DNA from: Kiritimatiellia bacterium
GTDB lineage: Bacteria > Verrucomicrobiota > Kiritimatiellia > SLAD01
Assembly (NCBI GenBank): GCA_007123265.1
Contig: SKLK01000273.1
Span: forward strand, 1-34,037
DNA length: 34,037 nt
Reading direction: 5' to 3'
Shown here: positions 17,452-26,385 of the stretch, piece by piece
How positions within the stretch are numbered: position 1 is the first letter of the stretch
Layout: each line of letters starts with the position of its first letter
Notes under the pieces: generated by a model
Databases searched by the model: none
Seen by the model: only the letters and a program-made list of their open reading frames with translations
Told to the model about the DNA's origin: nothing
Translations under genes and position numbers: made by a program

Positions 17452-20418
17452 TTAGTCCATGGCTTGCAAGGTCATCGCATCGGCTCGATGAATCGGCTTG
17501 CCGGCCGGATCAACCAGACGCGCCGTCACGAAAATCAACAGATTTTCCTTCCGGCTGCGAGAGCCTTCCGTGCGAAACAAGCGGCCGAGTAGCGGGATAT
17601 CGCCCAAGATTGGAACTTTGTCCTTGATCGTCACCAAGCGCTCACGCATGAGACCACCCATCACCACGGTTTGCCCGTCCCAGATAACAATACTGGTCTG
17701 CACGTTACGGCTGGCAAAGACGGGTTGCGGAATATTGAAGGTAAAGTCGCGCAGGAAGAATCGGTCTGGATTGTCCGGATCACGTCCCGGAATGGAAATT
17801 TGTGAACCATACTGAATCCAATCCACCAGTTCCGCGACTTCCGGGGCCAGTGCCAAGTCAATGGTGTACCCATCCGGTCCCACGGTGGGTGTGACATTTA
17901 GAATGACACCGGTGCGACGGGTCTCAAAGTTTTCAGGCGTGACGACCGGCGGGGTGACCAATCCACCTTCCGACTGTGTAACCGGCTCTGTCACCCGGAA
18001 TTCCGTTGGGTAGATAATCTCGGTAACGACTTCGATGGATGCGTTCACGCCGCTTCGCGTGGTCACACGCGGCGCAGACAAGACATCCACGTTTCCGTTT
18101 TGCGAGAGGGCATGCAAGACCACCCGCATTTCCGGATTCGTCAAAATACTGGAAACGCTGAGGATGTTCCCCAAGAAGGCCGCGTCCTCCATCCCTGCGC
18201 GGACCGGCTCGACGCCACCCGAGGTTTGTGCAAAGAAGCGTTGTCCGGCACTGACATTGCCGGCATCCACCTGTACGCGTTCACGGCCACCAAACGGTGC
18301 GCTGCCCCGGCGTTGCAGGAATTCGTAGTTGTCGGTAAACAACCACTGCAAGCCCAATTCACGCATATCCTCTTCAGCCACTTCAACGAAGCGCGCCTCG
18401 ATTTCAACTTGGCTCGGGACAACGTTAAGTTGTGAAAGGATTCGCTCAAAGGTCTCCAGGTTTTCCGGCGTGTTGGCCACGATCAACTGGCTAATCGTCG
18501 GATTATAGCTAATCGAGGTCCCCACGGGGAATGGGACGCCTGCCCCTTCAAAAAAGGCCTTCACATCGCCGCCACGGGTACCGGATGGGGCCCGGCGTGT
18601 ACCAAATTCCTGGGCGCCACCGAAGAAGCCTCCTGTGGGCGCGGCTTCCTCGCGCTCCTGAACCACATCCAAAAAGGAAGGTTGAACCGGATACAGTCGA
18701 GTAACCACCCGCCCCACGTCGGCGATGCCCGATGGGGTAATCACCACTACACTATCTTCAATCCGGAAACGCAGACCGGCCACTTCCGTAATGAAGCGAA
18801 CGGCTTCCATCAGCGAAATCCGGCGCAGATTTAGGGTAATCGAGGGGACACCCGAGCCCCCAGCAGGCGCGGCCGGTGCGGCATCCCATTCATCGCCCCA
18901 CGGATCGTCCATTGCACTCGGTGTGCGGCGCTCCGCGGGCGCAGCGGACACGCCTTCGGGCATACTCAAATTCAAGATGATATTGACGCCTTCCCCTTCT
19001 GGGTCGGCGGCCTCACTGGCATCGCGCAGGAAGGAAACCACATCACGAATATTGGCCTGCCGGAATTCGATGCGGGGAATGATGATGGATTCCATCCGCT
19101 CTTGCAGCCGCCGGGATGGGGTGACCAGATCCTGGGGACCGGGCCGGGCCAAGTCCTCGGGAAGAACCGCTTCGCCGCGGTGGGGCGGCGTCCATGCTTC
19201 GCGCACATCGCGCATCATTTGCTCCGTCGTTGTTCGCCGCAGGACGTCGGACGCCCGGCGCTGATCTTCGGCTATGCGGCGCAAGTAGCGCATGGCGTCG
19301 GTATTGTATGGATCGCGAATCAGTACGCTTTCAAAAAGCATTTCGGATCGGTTGAGTTCTCCGGCCTCATAGTAGGCGCGGGCCTCCTGCAGAGTGTCCT
19401 CAATTGTACGGCGCTTTTCGACGATCTCGGGCCGCCGTTCGATGGGCACAGGTTGCGCGGCTTCGGCTTCGCGACGCGCTTCCTCACGGTTGATGCGGCG
19501 CTCCAGCAAGGCCAGTCCTCGGTGCGACGGTGAGAGCTCGCGGGTACGTGCCAGGTTTCGTCGCGCTTCACGCAGGTCGCCATCGTCACGATAGATTTGC
19601 TGCGCAATGCGGAAATGGGCTTCGGCCAATCCCCGGCGGGCATTTTCCCGCTCGTCCTGACGGGCGGGGCGATCCGGTATACGTTCAAGGGCCCGGGTAA
19701 AGGCGTCTCTCGCCGCCCGGTAGTCCTCCCGATCAAGGGCCCGGTGAGCGGCGTCCAGACTCTGCAGCCCATCCACTTCCGCCGCTTGCCGCCGGACTTC
19801 TTCCTGGGCCGCCAAATCAGCGGCTACGCGATCCGCCTCGGTCCTGACGCGCGGCTCTGGTTGTGGTTCCGGAACGTCTTCCACTTCATCGATGTCCTGG
19901 ATCACGTCGACCGCCGGATCCTCCAATGGAGGCACGTCTTCTACTGGCTCTTCCTCTTCTGGGAACAGGAAATCGTCCATCCAGTCTTCGGGCGCTTCCT
20001 CCACATCGTCCGGCCACTCATCCACGTCTACATCGGTGTCTGGCACATCCTCGGGAACCGTTTCCGGGGGTACCGGGTCGTCCTCTTCATCATCCCAAAA
20101 CCAATCGTCCTCATCGCTTTCGAACAGGTCATCGAAATCAAAATCATCATCTTCCGGCGGCGCCACCGGAGGGGCGACCGGTGCTGCGGGTTCGGGGACT
20201 TCTTCGCTGACGGGCTCGACGTCAGGCACGGGCTCCGCTGTGGGTTCCGGTTCGGGCTCCGGTTCGGGCTCCGGTTGCGGCTCAGGCGCGGGTTCGGCTT
20301 CTTCGACATCAATATCGAACAAGGCATCAAAATCGAAGTCGTCAAGGGCATGGCTTGTGCCGGGCCAAATCAGAACCTGGACCAAAAATACGACGATCAA
20401 GCTATTGATGACTCTCAT
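17452..20418 (-). CDS. Secretin (PilQ/GspD superfamily; Amuc_1098-like) with acidic N-terminal extension and TPRs
   Basis: Signal peptide (..GTSHA), about 170 aa of D/E/P-rich low complexity, TPR helices, IEFRQANIRDVV N domain, QLIVANTPENLE, QVEIEARFVEV, LSAPRVTT, GVILNVTPTV, DGQTVVMGGL, KVPILGDIPLLGRLF and LLIFVTARLV. AGGAGA RBS. Confidence 0.95.
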   Translation of the reverse strand: MRVINSLIVVFLVQVLIWPGTSHALDDFDFDALFDIDVEEAEPAPEPQPEPEPEPEPEPTAEPVPDVEPVSEEVPEPAAPVAPPVAPPEDDDFDFDDLFESDEDDWFWDDEEDDPVPPETVPEDVPDTDVDVDEWPDDVEEAPEDWMDDFLFPEEEEPVEDVPPLEDPAVDVIQDIDEVEDVPEPQPEPRVRTEADRVAADLAAQEEVRRQAAEVDGLQSLDAAHRALDREDYRAARDAFTRALERIPDRPARQDERENARRGLAEAHFRIAQQIYRDDGDLREARRNLARTRELSPSHRGLALLERRINREEARREAEAAQPVPIERRPEIVEKRRTIEDTLQEARAYYEAGELNRSEMLFESVLIRDPYNTDAMRYLRRIAEDQRRASDVLRRTTTEQMMRDVREAWTPPHRGEAVLPEDLARPGPQDLVTPSRRLQERMESIIIPRIEFRQANIRDVVSFLRDASEAADPEGEGVNIILNLSMPEGVSAAPAERRTPSAMDDPWGDEWDAAPAAPAGGSGVPSITLNLRRISLMEAVRFITEVAGLRFRIEDSVVVITPSGIADVGRVVTRLYPVQPSFLDVVQEREEAAPTGGFFGGAQEFGTRRAPSGTRGGDVKAFFEGAGVPFPVGTSISYNPTISQLIVANTPENLETFERILSQLNVVPSQVEIEARFVEVAEEDMRELGLQWLFTDNYEFLQRRGSAPFGGRERVQVDAGNVSAGQRFFAQTSGGVEPVRAGMEDAAFLGNILSVSSILTNPEMRVVLHALSQNGNVDVLSAPRVTTRSGVNASIEVVTEIIYPTEFRVTEPVTQSEGGLVTPPVVTPENFETRRTGVILNVTPTVGPDGYTIDLALAPEVAELVDWIQYGSQISIPGRDPDNPDRFFLRDFTFNIPQPVFASRNVQTSIVIWDGQTVVMGGLMRERLVTIKDKVPILGDIPLLGRLFRTEGSRSRKENLLIFVTARLVDPAGKPIHRADAMTLQAMD
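20243..20297 (-). repeat. Pro-Glu (PE)n coding tandem repeat in the secretin N-terminus
   Basis: The 12-bp unit TCCGGTTCGGGC occurs at 20246-20257 and 20258-20269, with degenerate flanking copies. The region encodes EPAPEPQPEPEPEPEPEP. Confidence 0.8.
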
Positions 20419-20514
20419 CCGAATCTCCTTCTGCCAACGATAACACGCTCCCTATAAGTCGCGCCTACCCAATTTGCTTCCATCCTTATGAGCATGGAAT
20501 CGGTGTATTACCCA

Positions 20515-21615
20515 TTATTGGCCCATTTGCTCCAATAAAGCTTCAAAATCAAAATCAACTGCAGGCGCACCCCCGGTCGTACCCGCTGCCCGGGGCCGAT
20601 CCTGCGGCCGTGCTTGCTCCACAACCACTTCCTGGTTCCGATTTTCGTCCAGAATTAAAACGGTATCCCTGCGTATGTCAACGACTTTGTACGGCTGGTT
20701 CATGAGCGTTATCTCAGAACCTTCGCGCACACGGAAGATGGAGTCGTCGACGAGGAAGACCAATTCAGCCACACGTTCGTCAATGCGCACATCCGTGTCC
20801 ACGCGCAATTCAATCTGGCGACCATCGGCTCGCTCCAACTTCAAGACCGATCCATCAATGGGGCCCAAGGGTCCGGGACGGGTGCGGCGCTCGAAATCAA
20901 CCAGGCGATAGCCTTCCACCATTTCCCCGAGCGCAACGAAAAAGGTCCGGTCCCGCTCGCGCAGGTTAAGCTGGAAGCGATAGTCGCCTTCTGCGATTTC
21001 GTGAACCCCTTGGAACCGTAGCCGGAAAGGAATCTCGCGAATCTGGCGCCAACGCAGTTTCAGTGCATGCGACGGATGGTCCTCCGCATCCACGGGACTG
21101 GTACCAGCCTCAAACTCTTCGCGCACGGTAAACCCGTCACCGTCCAAGTCCCGCTCACCAATGTCGGGGTCCAGCGGATCCAACCCGAAACCGGTGAGCC
21201 ATTGATCCGGGATTCCGTCACCGGTGGTATCCCGCTCGGCTTGGGTCGGTTGCGGGTATTGGGTCCAAGGACACACTTCCGCATCATAGGGTATCGGCGT
21301 CGGCACATCGGGATTCACACTAACCACGCGCAGCTCACTGACCATCAGGGCATGGTCTCGAGCTTCCATTTGAGGTGGCTGCTCCAACCGCCGGGCAAAG
21401 GCACGAAACTGGGAGATATCGATGGCTTCGTAATGCTGATGCCCGACATCGATCCGATCCCAACTGGTATCGGTCAGCGCGCGCTGAGCCTTCTGGTTTT
21501 GGAGCAGCAGGAATAGCGCGGAGGCCAAAAGAACGACCAAGACCGCAACAATCGCAACTTTGTCGTAGTGCACTTTCAACCAAGATCGCTCTTTGGTTCG
21601 TGTCGCTGCGCTCAT
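20515..21615 (-). CDS. Amuc_1099-like pilus-system protein with Ca-binding thrombospondin type-3-like repeats
   Basis: HYDK followed by a TM helix, DTTGDGIPDQW, DLDGDGFTVREEFEAGTSP, FQLN and TFFVALGE. It lies directly upstream of the secretin (the PilP slot). Confidence 0.7.
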   Translation of the reverse strand: MSAATRTKERSWLKVHYDKVAIVAVLVVLLASALFLLLQNQKAQRALTDTSWDRIDVGHQHYEAIDISQFRAFARRLEQPPQMEARDHALMVSELRVVSVNPDVPTPIPYDAEVCPWTQYPQPTQAERDTTGDGIPDQWLTGFGLDPLDPDIGERDLDGDGFTVREEFEAGTSPVDAEDHPSHALKLRWRQIREIPFRLRFQGVHEIAEGDYRFQLNLRERDRTFFVALGEMVEGYRLVDFERRTRPGPLGPIDGSVLKLERADGRQIELRVDTDVRIDERVAELVFLVDDSIFRVREGSEITLMNQPYKVVDIRRDTVLILDENRNQEVVVEQARPQDRPRAAGTTGGAPAVDFDFEALLEQMGQ

Positions 21616-22598
21616 GATTCCTGGTCCTCTTCTGCGGCGGCATGTTTGAAGTGATACACGTCTACCTCCATACGCACACGCACACGTTCACGACCAGCCA
21701 CCACGCGATCTTCGTGGAATCGGGGCTGCGCAATCTCCTCCGCGCGGGGCCTGTCCGCGCCCGGTCGTTCGGATTCCCGCGGGGCCAACCGCGCCGCTAG
21801 CCGGGCCGAGGCGGAGGTGCCGCCCAATCCCATTTCATTGCGCAATTCCAAGCTGCGCACCACCATCAATACGGGACTGGCCACCATTCGATTGAGTGCC
21901 TCACGCAGGGCCTCATCACTGGCCATAAAGGAAAGGGTATAGCGCTCACGCGTATAGAGTCCCTCGACACCATCCGGTTCAATCCGGATTTCAGGCTCGA
22001 CGACACGCTCGGTCACGCCCCTGCGGGTGCCGGTATCAGCCAGCTCACGCTGCGTTCGCTCCACATCGAAAACTTCCCGGTCCACACTGGTGAGCTCATG
22101 GATTCCCGCGTTGATCAACAGCACACTGATCCGCTCAACCATTTGCAACTGCGACATTAAGCGCGGCACATGCTCCTGCCGCGGCAAATTCCCTGCGGCA
22201 TATTGACCAAAACCAAATTCAGCCGCCTCAGGAATTCGGACGTTGTTACGTGCCGCCAACTCCCGGATTCGCCGCATGGTTCGTTCCCGGTGTGGCGGAA
22301 ATGCCACCCGCTCTATCTCGGCTGCCTCGGCTTGGTGTGCAGACAGAGCCGACAATAGAGAGCCACGATAATTTTGCAATTGTTCCAAGTTGGCTTCCAG
22401 CCGCGCTACATTTTCATTCGACGGGAAAGGTGCCCGCCGATGCAATTGCTCAAGCACCCGCAAATTCCGCTGCAGATCGTCTTGAATCCGCGCATACTCG
22501 CGGCTGGACCGGATCAGTAGAAACACCACGATCAACGCCAACACCAAGGCGATGCCACCGCCCACCACTAAAACGGTATGTTTTTTGAAAAAGGTCAT
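21612..22598 (-). CDS. Amuc_1100-like pilus-system protein (PilO-position)
   Basis: N-terminal TM, a coiled coil, PFPSNEN, FGFGQY, and a C-terminal ferredoxin-like segment (YTLSFMASDEALREALN...VVRSLELRNE) ending VAGRERVRVRMEVD. It lies between the PilM/N fusion and the Amuc_1099-like gene with 4-bp overlaps. Confidence 0.72.
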   Translation of the reverse strand: MTFFKKHTVLVVGGGIALVLALIVVFLLIRSSREYARIQDDLQRNLRVLEQLHRRAPFPSNENVARLEANLEQLQNYRGSLLSALSAHQAEAAEIERVAFPPHRERTMRRIRELAARNNVRIPEAAEFGFGQYAAGNLPRQEHVPRLMSQLQMVERISVLLINAGIHELTSVDREVFDVERTQRELADTGTRRGVTERVVEPEIRIEPDGVEGLYTRERYTLSFMASDEALREALNRMVASPVLMVVRSLELRNEMGLGGTSASARLAARLAPRESERPGADRPRAEEIAQPRFHEDRVVAGRERVRVRMEVDVYHFKHAAAEEDQES

Positions 22599-24307
22599 AG
22601 TTCTATGGGCTCTTCCAGCACCAACATCATCCCGAATTCACGCACATAGGTATTCGGCGCAACCGGGGGCAGCAGGTCAATATCGGAACTATCGGTAAAA
22701 TGAGGCAATTCCCGCAGACTGGTTCGCAAGGCATAGACGGGCCGCTCGTCCGGAATTTTGTCCGTGTAGCCCAGACCGGATATACGGATCCGGTTAATAT
22801 TTCCCAGCTCAACCGTCGCGCTACGATCGCCCCCCCGCGCGGCACGCCCACCGGTGGCAGGATCGGGCTCCCGGGTAATGCGCTCCCGCTGCGGGACGAC
22901 GGATGTCAACCACATGCCATCCGGCAATAAGGCATTGACGTCGTCAAGAATCTCCACCCACCGCCCGGCGTTTCGGATCAATGCATGCACTTGATCAATT
23001 TGCTCGGTGACATCCGCGATCTCCTGCTCCGGCAACTGCATTTGCCGCTCTATATGCTGGAGATTACGCACCCGCTCCTCGACCCGGGATAGCCGTTGCT
23101 CGCCCAAACGGGCCAACGTGTGGAAATAGAAGGTCCACACCAGCAGAACAAAGACAAAACCAAACGCCGCCGCCAGCAGGATCGGATGCTTCTTGCGGAA
23201 TTGTTTTTCGGAAACAACGCGGGGCGGCATCAGGTCGATTTCGATCGGACAGGTCAACACGCGCCGCAACGCCAGGCCCACCACTTCGCCCAGCATGTGC
23301 GCGTCGCGACCGATCTCCTCCGCAGAGATGTCGTCGGCCACGGCCACATTCATGAACGGATTGAGATACTCGACCTCGGCCTTGAGCTTGTCCTTTAAGA
23401 AAACGTCGGTGTACGGGATAACCGAGGTGCCTCCGGTCAACAAAATGCGCTTGGGCTGCGACCCGTCTTGCTGTCCGCGGTAAAAGTTGATGCTACGATT
23501 GATCTCCGCATGCAAGCGGGTCATCACACTACGCACACTCTTGGATACCTTGTCCGCCACCTCACCGGACGGGCTTTCATACGCCCCACCCCACGCGACA
23601 AACGCCTGGGCTTTCTTCATGTCTTCGGCATCCGCAAAAGACAATTCGAACTCGCGCATGACTTGCTGCGTAATCGCATTGCCGCCGACCGGAATGCTTC
23701 GGCTAAAGACGCGATTCGCTTCAAGGAAAATCAAGTCCGTCGAGCGCGCACCCATATCGATGATCAAGGTGCAATCGCTAAGATCATCGTAATTGTAGCG
23801 TACGGCATTATACAGCGCCATGGGCGCGACATCGATCAGGTCCGGGAAAAGGCCGGCCTGCTCAACCGCTTCGGTCAATTCGGTGATGATTTCGCCCTTG
23901 ATCGCGGCCAACATCACATCGAGATCGCCTTCGGTGCCGCCGATCAATTGATAATCCCAAACGACTTCTTCGATGGGAAAAGGCACGTTCTGCTGGGCCT
24001 CGTATTCGACGATCTGTTTGACCTTGTCTTCGTCGACCGGCGGCAACTTGACGAAACGGGAAAAAACGGATTGTCCGGAAACCGAAATAAGCACCGGTCC
24101 CGGCTTGATGTCGTACTCGGCCAACATCTCTTGAATCGTGCTGACGATGTAAACATTCCGATCACCGTCGGAATGGGGATCCAATCCCAGCGGGCTGATC
24201 GCATGCTTGACGAGCTCGATCCCGCCGGATTTTAACGGGATGAATTCGGCCATTTTCAGGCCGCTTGCGCCTATGTCCAATGCCAGAATGCGGTCAGTCT
24301 TTAGCAT
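22595..24307 (-). CDS. pilM: PilM-PilN fusion (Amuc_1101-like type IV pilus assembly protein)
   Basis: Actin/FtsA-like motifs LDIGASGLK, EAQQNVPFPIEEVVWDY, IDMGARST, GGNAIT, EINRSINFY, LTGG and VGLALR. These are followed by the PilN-type IDLMP motif, a TM helix, a coiled coil and LPDGMWLTS. Start placed at ATG 24307. Confidence 0.92.
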   Translation of the reverse strand: MLKTDRILALDIGASGLKMAEFIPLKSGGIELVKHAISPLGLDPHSDGDRNVYIVSTIQEMLAEYDIKPGPVLISVSGQSVFSRFVKLPPVDEDKVKQIVEYEAQQNVPFPIEEVVWDYQLIGGTEGDLDVMLAAIKGEIITELTEAVEQAGLFPDLIDVAPMALYNAVRYNYDDLSDCTLIIDMGARSTDLIFLEANRVFSRSIPVGGNAITQQVMREFELSFADAEDMKKAQAFVAWGGAYESPSGEVADKVSKSVRSVMTRLHAEINRSINFYRGQQDGSQPKRILLTGGTSVIPYTDVFLKDKLKAEVEYLNPFMNVAVADDISAEEIGRDAHMLGEVVGLALRRVLTCPIEIDLMPPRVVSEKQFRKKHPILLAAAFGFVFVLLVWTFYFHTLARLGEQRLSRVEERVRNLQHIERQMQLPEQEIADVTEQIDQVHALIRNAGRWVEILDDVNALLPDGMWLTSVVPQRERITREPDPATGGRAARGGDRSATVELGNINRIRISGLGYTDKIPDERPVYALRTSLRELPHFTDSSDIDLLPPVAPNTYVREFGMMLVLEEPIEL

Positions 24308-24345
24308 GATCTGCGTATCTTTACCGGTTCGTTTTATGCTCTCTG

Positions 24346-24436
24346 CCTGCATCAACAGTTCGCCTCGCGGCGAGTGACCTGTCTATGCAGGACCGATGAG
24401 TATCAGACCATACCCCATTTCCATTCGCGGGGGCAA
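24346..24436 (-). promoter_or_regulatory. Putative promoter and structured 5' leader of the pilus cluster
   Basis: TTGCCC (24436-24431), 18 bp, TATGGT (24412-24407), followed by a 46-nt stem-loop (24391-24346) capped by a GCGA tetraloop. Confidence 0.45.
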
Positions 24437-24512
24437 CATTCTTTTCTGCAATCGCACATTTCAGGGACACCCGGATGTCGTGCGCGGGCACAGGCAAGCC
24501 GTACGGAACCGA

Positions 24513-25268
24513 TTACTCGCCATTCGTCGGGGGTGGCGTGGCGCCATGCGTTGCACACCACCGGGCCTGCCGCGCCACGCCCAACAAGATGCGTACATCG
24601 ACTTCCGACAAGGTGCCCCGCGAAAAAATGCGGCGCATGGCCATCATCATGTGATCCGCCTTGTCCGATTCCATAAAGCCGATTTCCAATAAGGCCGACC
24701 GCCATTGCGCAAACATGCGCTCACGCATTTCCGATGTCGCCGCCGGCACGGCCTCACGCGCCACATCGCCAGCACCGGATGCGACATACAATTCGTACGC
24801 GCACACCATCAAGGCATGCGACAAATTCAACGACGGATAGGCCTCGGTGGAGGGAATACGGATCAGCGATGTGCAAAGGGCCAAATCCTCATTGCTGAGT
24901 CCATTATTCTCCGGCCCCATAACCAATGCCACCGGACCCGCAGCGGCATGTGAAAGAAAGTCGGGCGCCCATTCCCGCGGCGTACACCGCACCTGACGAT
25001 ACAAACCATCACGCGCGGACGTACCGGTCACGTGATGGCAATCGGCAATGGCCTCCGCCAAGGTGGGGTATTCCCGATGCGCATCCCAGATTGAGCGGGC
25101 GGCGTAGGCCCATTTCACCGCATCGAAGGTATTGAAATCGTCGCGCGGAGCCGCAATGACCAGATCGCTCAACCCCATGTTCATCATCGCGCGACAGACC
25201 GAGCCCACGTTCCCGCCGTACAGCGGACTGACCAGGACTACACGAACCGGTTTGAGTGATGCGCCCAT
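24513..25268 (-). CDS. trmJ: TrmJ/LasT family SPOUT tRNA 2'-O-methyltransferase
   Basis: VVLVSP, GNVGSVCRAMMNMG, GTSAR, GPENNGLSNEDL, SLNLSHA and the C-terminal TrmJ helical domain (RRIFSR...EVDVRILLG). Confidence 0.9.
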   Translation of the reverse strand: MGASLKPVRVVLVSPLYGGNVGSVCRAMMNMGLSDLVIAAPRDDFNTFDAVKWAYAARSIWDAHREYPTLAEAIADCHHVTGTSARDGLYRQVRCTPREWAPDFLSHAAAGPVALVMGPENNGLSNEDLALCTSLIRIPSTEAYPSLNLSHALMVCAYELYVASGAGDVAREAVPAATSEMRERMFAQWRSALLEIGFMESDKADHMMMAMRRIFSRGTLSEVDVRILLGVARQARWCATHGATPPPTNGE

Positions 25269-25271
25269 GGC

Positions 25272-26339
25272 CTAAAACGGGATAAAGTTGGACTCGCGCG
25301 TGATCCGCGCGCAGGTATGCGCCATCAGTTCCGCGGTTCCCATCAGGTCGTCGAGACTAATCACTTCACACGGCGTATGCATATAGCGATTGGGGATGTT
25401 CAACAATCCTGTGGCCACCCCGCCGCGACTGACTTGGATCGCATTCGCATCCGTGCCGGTGGCGCGCGATTCCACATTAAGTTGGTAGGCAATTTTTTGC
25501 TTTTCCGCTGTATCGACAAGCAACTCGAACAATTTCGGATTGATGTTCGGCCCGCGCGTAATCACGACGCCGTCACCAACTTTGATGTCCCCGTACTTCT
25601 TGACCGCGTCCGACATGGAGGGATAATCGGTGGCAAAGGTAACATCGACGGCCAAGCCAACCTGGGGATCGATGCCGTAGGCGGCCGTCCGGGCACCACG
25701 CAAGCCGATTTCTTCCTGCACCGTCGCCACCGCATGGACTTCGGCCTCGGGATTCAATTTCGCCAAAATGCGGGCCGCCTCCAATACCGCAAACGCACCC
25801 GCTCGATTATCGAACCCCCGCCCAGCCACCAGACTGCGCTGGAGCCGGTGCAAACCACGATCAATCACCAGCGGATCGCCAATAGCAAGCACCTTCTCGG
25901 CCGCCTTGCGATCCGCCGCACCGATATCCACCCACAACTCCTCTAAGCCCGGGACTTTGTTGCGCTGCTCCGATTTCAAAAGGTGAATGGGGCACTTGCC
26001 AATGACGCCGTGCACATGACCTTTCCGGCCGCGGATAATGACATGTTGCCCTTGAGGGATTTGCGCGTCCCAGCCGCCGACCGGTTGAATCCAGCAGTAC
26101 CCCTCCTTGCTGATGTGACTGATGATAAAGCCGATTTCATCATAGTGCCCGGACAACATAATCCGGGGCGCGCCGCCGGGATTGATGACCACGTCACTGT
26201 TCCCATGACTGTCCCGACGGATGTCCGCCGCAAATGTGCGCGCCTCCTCCAGCCACACGTGGGCCGCTTCGTCTTCATAACCGGACGGGCTGACGGCCTC
26301 GATAAGCTTCGTCAGAAATTCAAGCGATCGTTTTTTCAT
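25272..26339 (-). CDS. M42 family metallopeptidase (TET-like aminopeptidase)
   Basis: SPSGYE, HYDEIG, GGWD, WVDIGA, DNRAG, VQEEIGLRGA, VDVT, TGTDA and RYMHTPCE. Confidence 0.94.
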   Translation of the reverse strand: MKKRSLEFLTKLIEAVSPSGYEDEAAHVWLEEARTFAADIRRDSHGNSDVVINPGGAPRIMLSGHYDEIGFIISHISKEGYCWIQPVGGWDAQIPQGQHVIIRGRKGHVHGVIGKCPIHLLKSEQRNKVPGLEELWVDIGAADRKAAEKVLAIGDPLVIDRGLHRLQRSLVAGRGFDNRAGAFAVLEAARILAKLNPEAEVHAVATVQEEIGLRGARTAAYGIDPQVGLAVDVTFATDYPSMSDAVKKYGDIKVGDGVVITRGPNINPKLFELLVDTAEKQKIAYQLNVESRATGTDANAIQVSRGGVATGLLNIPNRYMHTPCEVISLDDLMGTAELMAHTCARITRESNFIPF

Positions 26340-26385
26340 ATCTATACCTCTCCACTAAATCAGACGGTCTCCATTTCCCAACCTA

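Noticed and set aside
19597-20457. Long plus-strand ORFs (286 aa, and a Ser/Gly-rich 183 aa) opposite the secretin
   Set aside because: These are antisense shadows of the low-complexity D/E/P coding strand. The same applies to most other overlapping ORFs in this GC-rich track.
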